From NCBI GenBank assembly GCA_050951805.1, contig JBMNJT010000002.1:896001-960000 (forward strand): a DNA stretch of 64,000 nucleotides, given 5' to 3'. Below are positions 30,219-39,364 of the stretch, in pieces (position 1 is the stretch's first letter; each line of letters opens with the position of its first letter). A model generated the notes under the pieces. The model was not told the DNA's origin. It ran no database searches and worked only from the letters and a program-made list of their open reading frames with translations. Made by a program: the position numbers and the translations under genes. This DNA comes from Bacillota bacterium. Lineage in GTDB: Bacteria > Bacillota > DTU025.

Positions 30219-31240
30219 ATACGGCTCAGAAGTCGAATGTGGTTGAGCATGGCGAGGTCATACTTCAGGTAAGAGATCTCGTCAAACACTTCCCTGTCCG
30301 CATGGGGTTCTGGCAGTCGATGAAGACAAAGGAACAGCCGGTATTGCGCGCGGTGGACGGGGTAAGCCTTGATGTGTACAAAGGCGAAGTTTTGGGCTTG
30401 GTGGGCGAATCGGGTTGTGGAAAAACCACCCTGGCCAGAACGATTCTGAGGCTTACTGATGCAACATCCGGTGAGGCGATTCTGGAAGGCCAGAACATCT
30501 TCGATCTTAACGAGGCGGAGATGAAGAAGCTGCGTCGGAAGATGCAGATCATATTCCAGGACCCTTATGAATCGATGAACCCGCGTATGGACGTTCAGAC
30601 GGTTATAGCCGAACCCCTGATTCTGCAGGGGCTTGCCTCATCGGCTCACGATGCACGCGACGTTGTGGCATCTGTCCTTGCTGATGTGGAGATGGTTCCG
30701 CCCGAGGAATACATGGGAAGATATCCACATGAGCTTTCCGGCGGACAGCGCCAGAGGGTTGCTGTGGCACGAGCGTTGAGCGTGGATCCTGATTTTATAG
30801 TCGCAGACGAGCCGGTCTCGATGCTGGACGTATCGATCAGGGGTGAAGTGCTCAACTTGATGCTAAGGCTTTCGCGGACTAGAGGGGTCACGTTTATCTA
30901 CATTACCCATGACCTTGCCACTGCACGGCATATATGTGATAGGATAGCCGTGATGTACCTCGGCAAGATCGTGGAAATGGGGACGGCTGATGAAGTCATC
31001 CAGACTCCTTTGCATCCTTACACAACGGCTCTGATCGGAGCGGTGTTCGTGCCCGATCCGAGGCATCGCGGGTTTGCAGAGGTTCTGAAGGGCGAGATAC
31101 CGAGCCCCGTGAACCCGCCACAAGGATGTCGGTTGCATCCTAGATGTCCGTATACGATGGACATATGTAAACAGGTTGAGCCTCCGTTGGTGCTCCATGA
31201 AGGCACTCATCAGGTAGCGTGCCATAGGGCAGAGCGTTAG
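30206..31240 (+). CDS. Peptide ABC ATPase (OppF-like)
   Basis: GESGCGKT, LSGGQRQR, ADEPVSMLD, GCRLHPRC. Confidence 0.95.
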   Translation: MGAVNTAQKSNVVEHGEVILQVRDLVKHFPVRMGFWQSMKTKEQPVLRAVDGVSLDVYKGEVLGLVGESGCGKTTLARTILRLTDATSGEAILEGQNIFDLNEAEMKKLRRKMQIIFQDPYESMNPRMDVQTVIAEPLILQGLASSAHDARDVVASVLADVEMVPPEEYMGRYPHELSGGQRQRVAVARALSVDPDFIVADEPVSMLDVSIRGEVLNLMLRLSRTRGVTFIYITHDLATARHICDRIAVMYLGKIVEMGTADEVIQTPLHPYTTALIGAVFVPDPRHRGFAEVLKGEIPSPVNPPQGCRLHPRCPYTMDICKQVEPPLVLHEGTHQVACHRAER

Positions 31241-31291
31241 TTACGGATATAAGGCGCCTCGCTTGGGACTGTTCGAACCAGGTCTGTCTAA

Positions 31292-31320
31292 GCACCTTCT
31301 TGGTGCAATAGGCATATATT
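31292..31320 (+). promoter_or_regulatory. Sigma-K/E-like promoter
   Basis: gcAC-N17-CATAtatT about 35 bp before ATG 31356. Confidence 0.45.
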
Positions 31321-31355
31321 TGGTTCGAGGGACGGTCGCAAGCGAGGTGTTTTTT

Positions 31356-32453
31356 ATGCCTGAAGGAGAGTATCGTAGCCCCAGACACTGTTGCGCGGGG
31401 GACCAGGAGGTAGGTGCAATTGCGGCCTGCTACGGGGTTTCGGTCTCTGCGTTGCTGGAGCTCAACCCTTGGCTGAGCCCTGGAGAGATGCTTGCAGAAG
31501 GCGACGTGCTAGTGCTTCCTGCTGTCCATGGACTTGATGGATCTATTGCAGCCATTTCGGACCGGTATGGCGGCCCTGGGCTGTTGATCTTCAACGCCGA
31601 AGACTGGTCATCAAAGATGCTTGCTTCGGTCGGGTGCTCTTGGGCCTCGGTTGCCGCGCTTTCGCCTGATGGCCGCCTTGTGGCGATCCAAGGCGCGGAC
31701 GGTAAGATCCATATTGTTGACGTGCACGCCGACTTGGATCGGGCTATTACTCAGCCCCTAGCGGGACTGGTCACCCCGAGGTGGTCGCCGAGCGGCGAGA
31801 GCATAATGTATGAGATTGATGCGCACGTGTACGTCGTTGATGCCGATTCGGGAGCAATGAAGCAATCATTCGAAGGGCAGTTCGCTTCTTGGCTTGGGGA
31901 CGGCTACAGAATTGCCTATGTACACTCCGGTAATGTAATCATGCGAGAAATGGCGGATGGAAGCGGTGTGTTGTTAACCGATGCGCCGGAGCGGGTTTGC
32001 GGGCTTGCGGCTGCTTCTTACGGGGAAAGTGTGGCCTACATTGCGTGCGAAGACGAAGCTGTTGTTATGTGCATAGTGGACGTCCTGACCGGAGAAACAG
32101 TGAGAAGCAAAGTTGACCGGGAAGTATGGCCTTGGTCGATTGCCTGGGCTCCAGATGGGAAGATGATCGCCTATTGCGTCGGCCAGCGGAATTTAGACAA
32201 CGGTCAGGCCGTAAAGGTGATCATTCTCGATCCGCGAGACGGCAGCTGCAGGCACGAAGCGGAGGTTGTGAGCGATCCAAGATACTCTGGTTTGGCATGG
32301 AGCCCTGATTCCAGGGCGGTGGCGGTGTCAGCTCGAATAGAGGGCACGGGGCGGTACGGCGTGTACGTGGTTCACTCCGGAGGTGGACTTTTCCAGATGA
32401 CAGGGACTGGGAATGTAGTCTTCCCTGACTGGGGAAGGACAGCAGGACAATAG
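31356..32453 (+). CDS. LysM plus TolB/PD40-like beta-propeller protein
   Basis: IAACYGVSVSALLELNP LysM-like; repeats LSPDG, WSPSG, WAPDG, WSPDS; C-terminal PDWG. Confidence 0.8.
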   Translation: MPEGEYRSPRHCCAGDQEVGAIAACYGVSVSALLELNPWLSPGEMLAEGDVLVLPAVHGLDGSIAAISDRYGGPGLLIFNAEDWSSKMLASVGCSWASVAALSPDGRLVAIQGADGKIHIVDVHADLDRAITQPLAGLVTPRWSPSGESIMYEIDAHVYVVDADSGAMKQSFEGQFASWLGDGYRIAYVHSGNVIMREMADGSGVLLTDAPERVCGLAAASYGESVAYIACEDEAVVMCIVDVLTGETVRSKVDREVWPWSIAWAPDGKMIAYCVGQRNLDNGQAVKVIILDPRDGSCRHEAEVVSDPRYSGLAWSPDSRAVAVSARIEGTGRYGVYVVHSGGGLFQMTGTGNVVFPDWGRTAGQ

Positions 32454-32541
32454 CATCTGTGGTGAGGCTGGAAGTTGGAGAAACACAGACGTGCCGTGAG
32501 AGTGCCGAGGGAACGGGTGTAGTGGCTACTGGATAGTTAAA

Positions 32542-32569
32542 AGGCGACCGCATTACGTAGCGGTCGCCT
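32542..32569. terminator. Hairpin between convergent genes
   Basis: AGGCGACCGC-attacgta-GCGGTCGCCT with AAAA on the left. Confidence 0.65.
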
Positions 32570-32614
32570 CGATCAGTGTGGCTACCGATCGATGCCTGAA
32601 TTAGCTCAGTCGTT

Positions 32615-32848
32615 TTAAGAGGCGGAGGTTCCTGGTTCTCCATCCTTGCGGGCTTCTCTTTTGTACTCCTCCGACCGATGATCGGTCGCGTAAAAGCCGG
32701 ATCCGTGGAAAGCTATGCCCATTCTAGAGGGGACAAGCCTACGGACCGGGGAGCCGCATTTGGGACACCGCGCAAGGGGTCCTTCACCGACTGCATGCAG
32801 AAATTCGAATTTGCCACACTTCTCACAGTTGTACTCGTAGATTGGCAC
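32615..32848 (-). CDS. FmdB-family zinc-ribbon protein
   Basis: MPIYEYNCEKCG...CPKCG...FHGSGFYATD. Confidence 0.9.
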   Translation of the reverse strand: MPIYEYNCEKCGKFEFLHAVGEGPLARCPKCGSPVRRLVPSRMGIAFHGSGFYATDHRSEEYKREARKDGEPGTSAS

Positions 32849-32958
32849 GGTCTGTCCCTCCCTCGGACGATTGTACATTGTTCTGTTGGATAATTCAATA
32901 GCTGCTCGAGCCGCTTACATAAGAGGGGATGGGGACTCTTTCATCATCGGTGGCAAGC

Positions 32959-32990
32959 CAATTCCCCGGAGATTGCGCTCCGGGGAATTG
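32959..32990 (-). terminator. Hairpin downstream of the LysM hydrolase gene
   Basis: CAATTCCCCGGA-gattgcgc-TCCGGGGAATTG, perfect 12-bp stem. Confidence 0.6.
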
Positions 32991-33030
32991 ATGCGCCATT
33001 ACGTTTGTATGGCACAGATGATTGCGCCCC

Positions 33031-33867
33031 TTACTTGAAGAATACGTGGTCGCCTATTACCCGTGTTACGGTGCGAGAACGCACCCAGTAATTAGAAGTC
33101 TTGGATGGGTTATAAAAGCCCAGAGCCCCATAAGATGGGTCCCATCCGTTAAGGGCTTCTGTTGTTGCGCCTATAGCTGTGGACGAGGGTGTATTATTGA
33201 TCCGTCCGTCCAGCACAGGACTGTACTGGTAATATCGACCATCCACCACCTGGTAGATGACCTCTGGAATAGTGTTGGGATATAGGCCGCTGCTTATTCT
33301 ATTTAGAACAGTGGCTGCAACGGCAACCTGCCCCTCATAGGGTTCGCCCCCTGCTTCTGCGGTAACCAACTGTGCAAGGAGAGTCAGGTCGGATTGGCTC
33401 CAGGCTCCCCTTGAAGGGATAGTCCCGCCGCGATTTGGATCAGGCGATATTGTTGTTCCAGAAGGAATTACCAGTAGTTGCCCGGGGTAGATCCATTCAC
33501 TATAGAGCCCATTGGTAGCCTTTAGGGCGTCTACCGTTGTTCCATATCGCCGCGCTATCAGGAACAGAGAATCTCCGCTTTTCACTGTGTAACTAGTGCC
33601 CGATTGTGCTGGCGGAGTGGTTGAGACACCATTTGGTATTGTCAGTGTTTGCCCAGGGTATATCATGTCGCCTACCAATCCATTTGCTCCACGAATGGCA
33701 CTGACGGTTACGCCGTATCGTTGGGCAATGAAAAACAGTGAATCGCCCGCGACCACTCTGTATACGGTGGCAGCGGATGCCCCGGCAGCGTTTGCGACCA
33801 GGATTAGAGCTGCAAGAAGTGCAACTGTGAAGATGTGTTTGCTGTTGTTGTTTGTTCTGGCGTTCAA
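33031..33867 (-). CDS. 2xLysM plus SleB/Hydrolase_2 cell-wall hydrolase
   Basis: YRVVAGDSLFFIAQRYG twice; AEAGGEPYEGQVAVAATVLNR; GWDPSYGALGFYNP; IGDHVF. Confidence 0.92.
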   Translation of the reverse strand: MNARTNNNSKHIFTVALLAALILVANAAGASAATVYRVVAGDSLFFIAQRYGVTVSAIRGANGLVGDMIYPGQTLTIPNGVSTTPPAQSGTSYTVKSGDSLFLIARRYGTTVDALKATNGLYSEWIYPGQLLVIPSGTTISPDPNRGGTIPSRGAWSQSDLTLLAQLVTAEAGGEPYEGQVAVAATVLNRISSGLYPNTIPEVIYQVVDGRYYQYSPVLDGRINNTPSSTAIGATTEALNGWDPSYGALGFYNPSKTSNYWVRSRTVTRVIGDHVFFK

Positions 33868-34064
33868 TAGTTGTAACTCCTTTCTCTGATAAACCTGGTT
33901 TGGAAGGGGGCGATCTTCCAGACTAACGATGTATTCGTCAAAGAAAGGGGAATTTCCCGTTGGGAAGTGATGGGAAAAGCGACTTGGTGCGACATTGACA
34001 ATGTTGCATTTCAGTGAAATAGTTGGCGTACAGCCACTTTCATGGACAAAGGATGGTGCTGGAA

Positions 34065-34883
34065 ATGGCGTACAAGGCGCCTGCGGAAATAGCGAAGACT
34101 GTTGTCGACTCTTCAGTGACCAAAGCGAACGCAGATTTTGTAACCCTGGTGGCGCTGGGATTTCTTGCTGGAAGTTTCATAGCGATAGCTGGGGCGACAT
34201 CCCATACTGTCTCTTTGGCTCTCGGGCCCTGGGCCGGACCGGGAATAATTCGCTTCATATCAGGCCTCATATTCACAGTTGGGATAACAATGGTCATAAT
34301 AGGTGGAGCTGAACTTTTCACCGGGAACTCGCTGATGGTTGCAGGGCTTTTGGAAGGGCGCATTACCATTGTTCAACTCCTCCGAAACTGGGTCCTAGTC
34401 TACCTGAGCAATTTCGTTGGCGCCCTCTTTGTTGCATGGCTCTATTACAAGACAGAACTTTGGGCTGCTCCGGGACTGGAAATCGCCGAAGGCTTTGTTA
34501 ACACAGCCATAGCAAAGGCCAACATTGAATTTGGAACGGGGTTTGCAAGGGGAATCCTATGCAATTGGCTGGTATGTATGGGTGTTTGGATGTCCTATGC
34601 TGCTGACGATGTGACCGGCAGAGTCATACCAACGGCGATGGCAGTTGCCGCTTTCGTGATGTGTGGCGCTGAGCATTCGGTGGCGAACATGTTCTACATG
34701 CCGGTAGGTTTCATGATTCGCGCGCGTATCAGTGGATTGCCTGCCCTCTCCATGTTGCCAAATCTGGTTTCTGTGACATTGGGGAACGTAGTGGGAGGAG
34801 GCTTATTGGTTGCGACTGTGTACTGGGTTGCATACCTTCGTAAGAGCTCATCGCCTAAACGTGTAAGCCCTGGCCGGAACTGA
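34065..34883 (+). CDS. Formate/nitrite transporter (FNT) family channel
   Basis: GAELFTGN, GILCNWLVC, EHSVANMF. Confidence 0.93.
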   Translation: MAYKAPAEIAKTVVDSSVTKANADFVTLVALGFLAGSFIAIAGATSHTVSLALGPWAGPGIIRFISGLIFTVGITMVIIGGAELFTGNSLMVAGLLEGRITIVQLLRNWVLVYLSNFVGALFVAWLYYKTELWAAPGLEIAEGFVNTAIAKANIEFGTGFARGILCNWLVCMGVWMSYAADDVTGRVIPTAMAVAAFVMCGAEHSVANMFYMPVGFMIRARISGLPALSMLPNLVSVTLGNVVGGGLLVATVYWVAYLRKSSSPKRVSPGRN

Positions 34884-34890
34884 GGCAATG

Positions 34891-34927
34891 AGACGGCGTC
34901 CGGCCAGAGCGACCGGGCGCCGTCTTT
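34891..34927 (+). terminator. Intrinsic terminator of the FNT gene; target stem of the intron
   Basis: AGACGGCGTCCGG...CCGGGCGCCGTCT-TT directly before the intron 5' end. Confidence 0.75.
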
Positions 34928-35792
34928 GTTCGCCCGGCATGTTTGTTGAGCCGATGGACTGAAAGAAGTCCTGTCACCTAACCAGCGGGAAGACAACCCC
35001 AAGGCAAGGGCGTCGCTGGTAACGGCGGGGTCTGAAGGAAGCTTTAAGGGGGAACACGGAACGTAGCGAAAGCGAACCGAAGTTGGCCTGTCAGGTGGGT
35101 AACCTTGCGAAGTATGGGAAAGCCCGAAAGCTGGATAACCTGGGGGGTTTTGACGGACGGGTTCGTGTTCAGGCAGACAAACTTAACCGGGGAAGCCCTG
35201 CATCATCCAGATAGCTGGTAAGCCCAAACAAGCGGAGACGCAAGGATGGGAATATGTGGTGTGGGGTGGCAGATGAGTCCGTAGTAGTTATGAACCCTCA
35301 GCCCATGAAAGCTGGCAACAGACCGGAGGATAAAACTGAGGGGACAGCGGCCGGGAGCTGCTGGGCTGCATAGGCCAAAAGCCTGTGCAGTTGCGAAGGG
35401 ACGAAGGCAAACCAAAGCGTGCAACCTAGTTACAGGCAAGCATGGGAGAGAGATAACAGAGGCTGAAATGCCGATGGGAACGGGGGAGCCGGGGGCGACG
35501 AGTCTGCTGGTCCCTGCGCCCGCTCAGCAGAGTATCAAAGTTTCGCGGGGTAGATTGCCTTAGAGCTAGAGACGCCTCGCAGGCCTTGGGAAGAAACTGC
35601 AACCATGCAAGCTTGATGGCCAAGGAAGCACGGCGAGATGAATTGACCTCACGAAGTATGAGGTCGGCGTCTTGCATCTCTTCTATGAAGCGAAGTGACT
35701 AAGGTTTGCCAGGAGCCGTGTACGGGGCCCGTACGCACGGTTCTGTGAGAGGGATGACGCCAGGCTGATTACCTGGCGCCACCCTACTCGAT
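34928..35792 (+). mobile_element. ORF-less group II intron, class IIC-like (865 nt)
   Basis: 5' GTTCGCCCGGCATG; DI GCAAGGGCGTCGCTGGTAACGGCGGGGTCTGAAGGAAGC; DV GAGCCGTGTACGGGGCCCGTACGCACGGTTC (35713-35743); DVI with bulged A35786; 3' AT; no RT ORF. Confidence 0.9.
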
Positions 35793-35820
35793 ACGTGCCG
35801 GCGCTTGCGTGGGCAAGCTT

Positions 35821-36156
35821 TTATGATTTCGGCACGTTAAGGTTTGTCTGAGTCGTGTAGGTTGATGTGGGTTCTGTTGGGAAGGTGCCAGAAACTTGGG
35901 GCCTCAGAGCCTGTGCGAAACTGGCCTGAGTGCCGGCGACGGTTTGACTAATGAGGCTCTGCTCCGCCGCTGCGATCATGTGCTTAACCATCTGGCCGCC
36001 GATCCTTCCGGCCTCGCGGGCGGGAATGTCTCCGAGATACCCGCCATAAGCGTTATAATCGACCCCCACCTGACTGGCTATCTCATATTTCATCTGGTCA
36101 AGAGCCTGACGAGCCTGTGGGTTGAGAATCCTATTGCTTCTGCTCTGTCTCGCCAT
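35821..36156 (-). CDS. Alpha/beta-type small acid-soluble spore protein with C-terminal extension
   Basis: ARQALDQMKYEIASQVGV...GRIGGQMVKHMIAAAEQSL; RBS AAGGGAG. Confidence 0.92.
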   Translation of the reverse strand: MARQSRSNRILNPQARQALDQMKYEIASQVGVDYNAYGGYLGDIPAREAGRIGGQMVKHMIAAAEQSLISQTVAGTQASFAQALRPQVSGTFPTEPTSTYTTQTNLNVPKS

Positions 36157-36207
36157 AAAATACTTCTCCCTTCTCACGCGTATTCTTGCTGCATGCGACT
36201 GCGTTTC

Positions 36208-36236
36208 TAGTGTGACCGTCGTTGTCGAACGTATAC
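36208..36236 (-). promoter_or_regulatory. Sigma-G/F-like promoter of the SASP gene
   Basis: Minus strand GTATA-N17-CACACTA; ssp genes are sigma-G dependent in Bacillus. Confidence 0.55.
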
Positions 36237-36426
36237 TAGAACTTTACGTCACATGAGGAACTCACATTTTGCTCGAGCGAAGTTGGCGAGCGGAGAGAAT
36301 AAGATCCAGAATGCGGGCAACCATTCTACAGCAAGAACGGCTTGTATCAATGTGATGCCTACGCTACTAGAAACCTATTTTGTTCCAACTAAGCTCTAGG
36401 GTGGGCATCCTGCTGTCTTTGAAAAA

Positions 36427-37080
36427 TTATGGAACTGAATTGCATAAAACATGTGGCTGCCATTTCTCTGAAAGAACCCCCAGAACGGCGCGGCATGGAG
36501 ATCCGTCGGCTCCCTTAAGACGCAGGGGTAGTGCAAGGAGGACGTATGGACCGGGTGCCACTTTTTGCAGATCTATTCCTTCAAGGATTGCCACGCCCGC
36601 GTCCAGCAGAGTTTTGTGAACACGACCGTCTCCATCGGTTTGCTCGATTGACATCTCTTCCGTTCCTACCAGTTTTACTCCGGATTCGACGAGGAATCTG
36701 GCTCCCTCGTGGTTCAAGTATGCTGCTTGTTGCCAGGAATCGTGCGACGTCTTCAGGAGCAGTCGCGGAGGATACTCTTCAGGCAGATGAATCTCTAGAG
36801 CAGCTTGATCGATCGGTCCGTGCATGTTTGTGAGGTCGATTACAAGACACGGCCCGATAGTAGCAGAAAGGGGAACTTCATCGATCCCCATAGCTCCTTC
36901 GATGAAGTGGGCAGGGGCGTCTATGTGAGTTCCTGAGTGTGTCCCCAGACGCAGTTCCATGACTTGGGCGCCATTGCTGGATACAGATGAGACATATCCG
37001 AATTGGACCTCTGGGTCGCCCGGCCAGACTTCTATGCCAGTGAAAAGCTCCCTAGATATATCGATGAATTGCTTGAACAT
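36427..37080 (-). CDS. Cyclase family metallohydrolase (kynurenine formamidase-like)
   Basis: IDIS, WPGDP, GTHSGTHIDAPAHF, ILEG, GADGSPCRAV. Confidence 0.9.
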   Translation of the reverse strand: MFKQFIDISRELFTGIEVWPGDPEVQFGYVSSVSSNGAQVMELRLGTHSGTHIDAPAHFIEGAMGIDEVPLSATIGPCLVIDLTNMHGPIDQAALEIHLPEEYPPRLLLKTSHDSWQQAAYLNHEGARFLVESGVKLVGTEEMSIEQTDGDGRVHKTLLDAGVAILEGIDLQKVAPGPYVLLALPLRLKGADGSPCRAVLGVLSEKWQPHVLCNSVP

Positions 37081-37333
37081 CCAATCGCCCCCAAGCGATG
37101 ATCGCATTTTGGATATGTGTGTTAATCGGTACTTCTGCATATTGATGTCTCTCCCTCTGATATTAAGCAAGAAGATTTGCTCTTGCGCGCCCCTGGATAT
37201 CGAAAAGGTTGGAAAAAGCGCGTGCCACAGCTGACCTGTTGTACAGTGTGTCCCATAGCCGAAAGACTCGTCAGATTGTGTGGAGTATCAATGCGCTTTC
37301 TCCCAGAATATTCTGCGTGTGGGGGCGACAATT

Positions 37334-37552
37334 ATGGAAGCTGTATCTAGCCTTTTTGCTTCAGGGAATTTTCCGGTCCGCTTTTTGCGATGCACGGACG
37401 CTGGTGAAGGCCGTCCTCGTCTTGTTTTCGAGCTCACGAAATTGACCAACATAGAGGAAACGGTGTGTCTGGCGCGGAATATGGCGAGTATGGCAGTAAG
37501 CTCCCAAGTTTTCCCACAAGGTTTTTCTTTGGAGATCGTATTTCCGACATAA
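37334..37552 (+). CDS. Small hypothetical protein (72 aa)
   Basis: GGGGG RBS-like site before ATG; fills the intergenic gap; no recognised motif. Confidence 0.45.
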   Translation: MEAVSSLFASGNFPVRFLRCTDAGEGRPRLVFELTKLTNIEETVCLARNMASMAVSSQVFPQGFSLEIVFPT

Positions 37553-37739
37553 ACCGACGACGCATCAGTTGATATTGGAGAAGCTAAGGGCTATGATAAC
37601 TTAATGAAGGAATCCAAGGGTGATTTGGGTAATTGCTGATATTGGAGCACTATACAGTATCTTGTCACCCAATACATAGTAGGTTATAGTAAAAGCAATG
37701 GACTTGCCTCTATCTGAGGAATTACTGGAGGGAACTTGC

Positions 37740-38111
37740 TTGCAGGTTCTATTTGTTGTCTTGAATGATACGACGCTCCTGGATGACCTTTTTTCGGCTT
37801 TCGTCAGGGCAGGTATAACAGGGGCTACTTGCATAGAAAGCGTGGGAATGGGTCGTACTTTGTCTGAAATCGACAACTCATCAATACCTATCTTTGCTGC
37901 CCTTAGGCACCACCTGAACGAAAGCAGGCCATATAACCGCACTATCTTTGCTCTGTTGCCTGATGATAAGGTGGACGAGGCAATTTCAGCTGTGGAAAGT
38001 GTTGTCGGAGATCTTAGCATGCCTGGCGCTGGAGTCCTTTTCACAGTGCCTGTTGGAAAGGTTGTTGGATTTCCTAAGCGTCATTCGAGCCTTGACGAAC
38101 TCGGGAAATAA
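37740..38111 (+). CDS. P-II-like regulatory protein associated with a cation:proton antiporter
   Basis: GITGATCIESVGMG, PYNRTIF, GDLSMPGAGVLFTVPV. Confidence 0.82.
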   Translation: MQVLFVVLNDTTLLDDLFSAFVRAGITGATCIESVGMGRTLSEIDNSSIPIFAALRHHLNESRPYNRTIFALLPDDKVDEAISAVESVVGDLSMPGAGVLFTVPVGKVVGFPKRHSSLDELGK

Positions 38112-38138
38112 GGTCCCTAGCTGGCGGAGAGGTTTGAT

Positions 38139-39323
38139 ATGAATAGCGTTCTTGCGATTAGTCTTCTCATGTTGAGCGGCGTTGTGGCCGGGCGGGTGGT
38201 TGTCGGCTGGGGCCTATCTTCGGTGGTGGGCTACCTTATCGCCGGTATTGCCATAGGGCAGATATGGCCTAGCATTGTGGAGGTGATCACCCCTGTTGGA
38301 GTATCATTCGCTGCTGAGGTTGGGTTGGCCCTTATTGCTTTTGTTGTCGGTGGCGAGCTTGAGGCAGACAGGGTTCGTTCGCTTCCTCGCGGTGTAGTTG
38401 GAATAGCTTTCATGCAGGCCATTGGCTGCATATTGGCTGTGGTGACGGCATGTATGTGGCTCGATCAGCCATTAGGCTTTGGCTTGGTTCTAGGCGCCAT
38501 CGCAGCAGCAACTGCACCTTCAACCACCATAATGATCACCAGGAAATACAGGAGCGACGGTCCTCTCACAAATGCTCTGCTTTCGGTCGTTGCCATTGAC
38601 GATGCTGTATGCATCCTTCTCTACGCAATCGCGGTTGCGGTTGCTAGGGCGCTTCCTGACGGGATTATGTCGCAATCTCCATCTGGGGTTTTCGGCGTGT
38701 TTCTGTGGGAACTGCTTGGAGCGGTGCTCGTAGGCGTAGTTGTTGGCATTGCGATGGGATTCTTCATTAAATACGTAAGAGGCGCGGACGAGCTCGTGGT
38801 CGTTGTGGTCGGTGCAGTGTTGCTGGCGGCGGGACTGGCAAGCAGGATGCATGTATCGCCACTGATCAGTTCGCTTGTTCTTGGGGCAACAGTATCTAAC
38901 CTGGTGGTTGGGAGCAGGCGGTTGTTTGCGTCGGCAGACAGGTTCTCACCCCCCATATATGTGACGCTGTTTTGCCTTGCGGGGGTGGGATGCAGTTTCA
39001 ACGCGCTCTCTTCTTCACTCGGGCTTTTCACCGCATATGTAATTGCCCGCGTGGCAGGGAAGGTGATCGGAGCTGGGATCGCTTCAGGGTTGGCCGGGGT
39101 TGGGAGACAGATAGGAAGTAATATCGGGCTGTCATTGCTTCCCCAGGCTGGGCTCGCTGCGGGCTTGACTGTTGCCGCAGGAGTTGCCCTCCCTGATCAC
39201 TATCAAATGCTTGCCTCCATAATAGTTCCGGGAATGTTGTTTTTTGAGGCCGTAGGTCCTCCTCTTGTTGCAAGGTCTTTGAGGATTGCCGGTGAAATCC
39301 ATACTGGCGAGTCTTCCGCATAA
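38139..39323 (+). CDS. Cation:proton antiporter (CPA2, NapA/Kef-like)
   Basis: GYLIAGIAIG, AATAP, VVAIDD, ARVAGK, LLPQAG. Confidence 0.9.
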   Translation: MNSVLAISLLMLSGVVAGRVVVGWGLSSVVGYLIAGIAIGQIWPSIVEVITPVGVSFAAEVGLALIAFVVGGELEADRVRSLPRGVVGIAFMQAIGCILAVVTACMWLDQPLGFGLVLGAIAAATAPSTTIMITRKYRSDGPLTNALLSVVAIDDAVCILLYAIAVAVARALPDGIMSQSPSGVFGVFLWELLGAVLVGVVVGIAMGFFIKYVRGADELVVVVVGAVLLAAGLASRMHVSPLISSLVLGATVSNLVVGSRRLFASADRFSPPIYVTLFCLAGVGCSFNALSSSLGLFTAYVIARVAGKVIGAGIASGLAGVGRQIGSNIGLSLLPQAGLAAGLTVAAGVALPDHYQMLASIIVPGMLFFEAVGPPLVARSLRIAGEIHTGESSA

Positions 39324-39364
39324 GGTGTTTAGTGCTTCTAAGGGTTAGTGAGTGGTGGTGTCAT

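Noticed and set aside
35203-35677. Minus-strand ORFs of 78 and 83 aa inside the intron
   Set aside because: No RT (YADD) or maturase motifs, and antisense to a structured RNA.
37209-37226. TGGCACG on the minus strand upstream of the cyclase gene as a sigma-54 promoter
   Set aside because: The -12 position reads TTTT, not TTGC.
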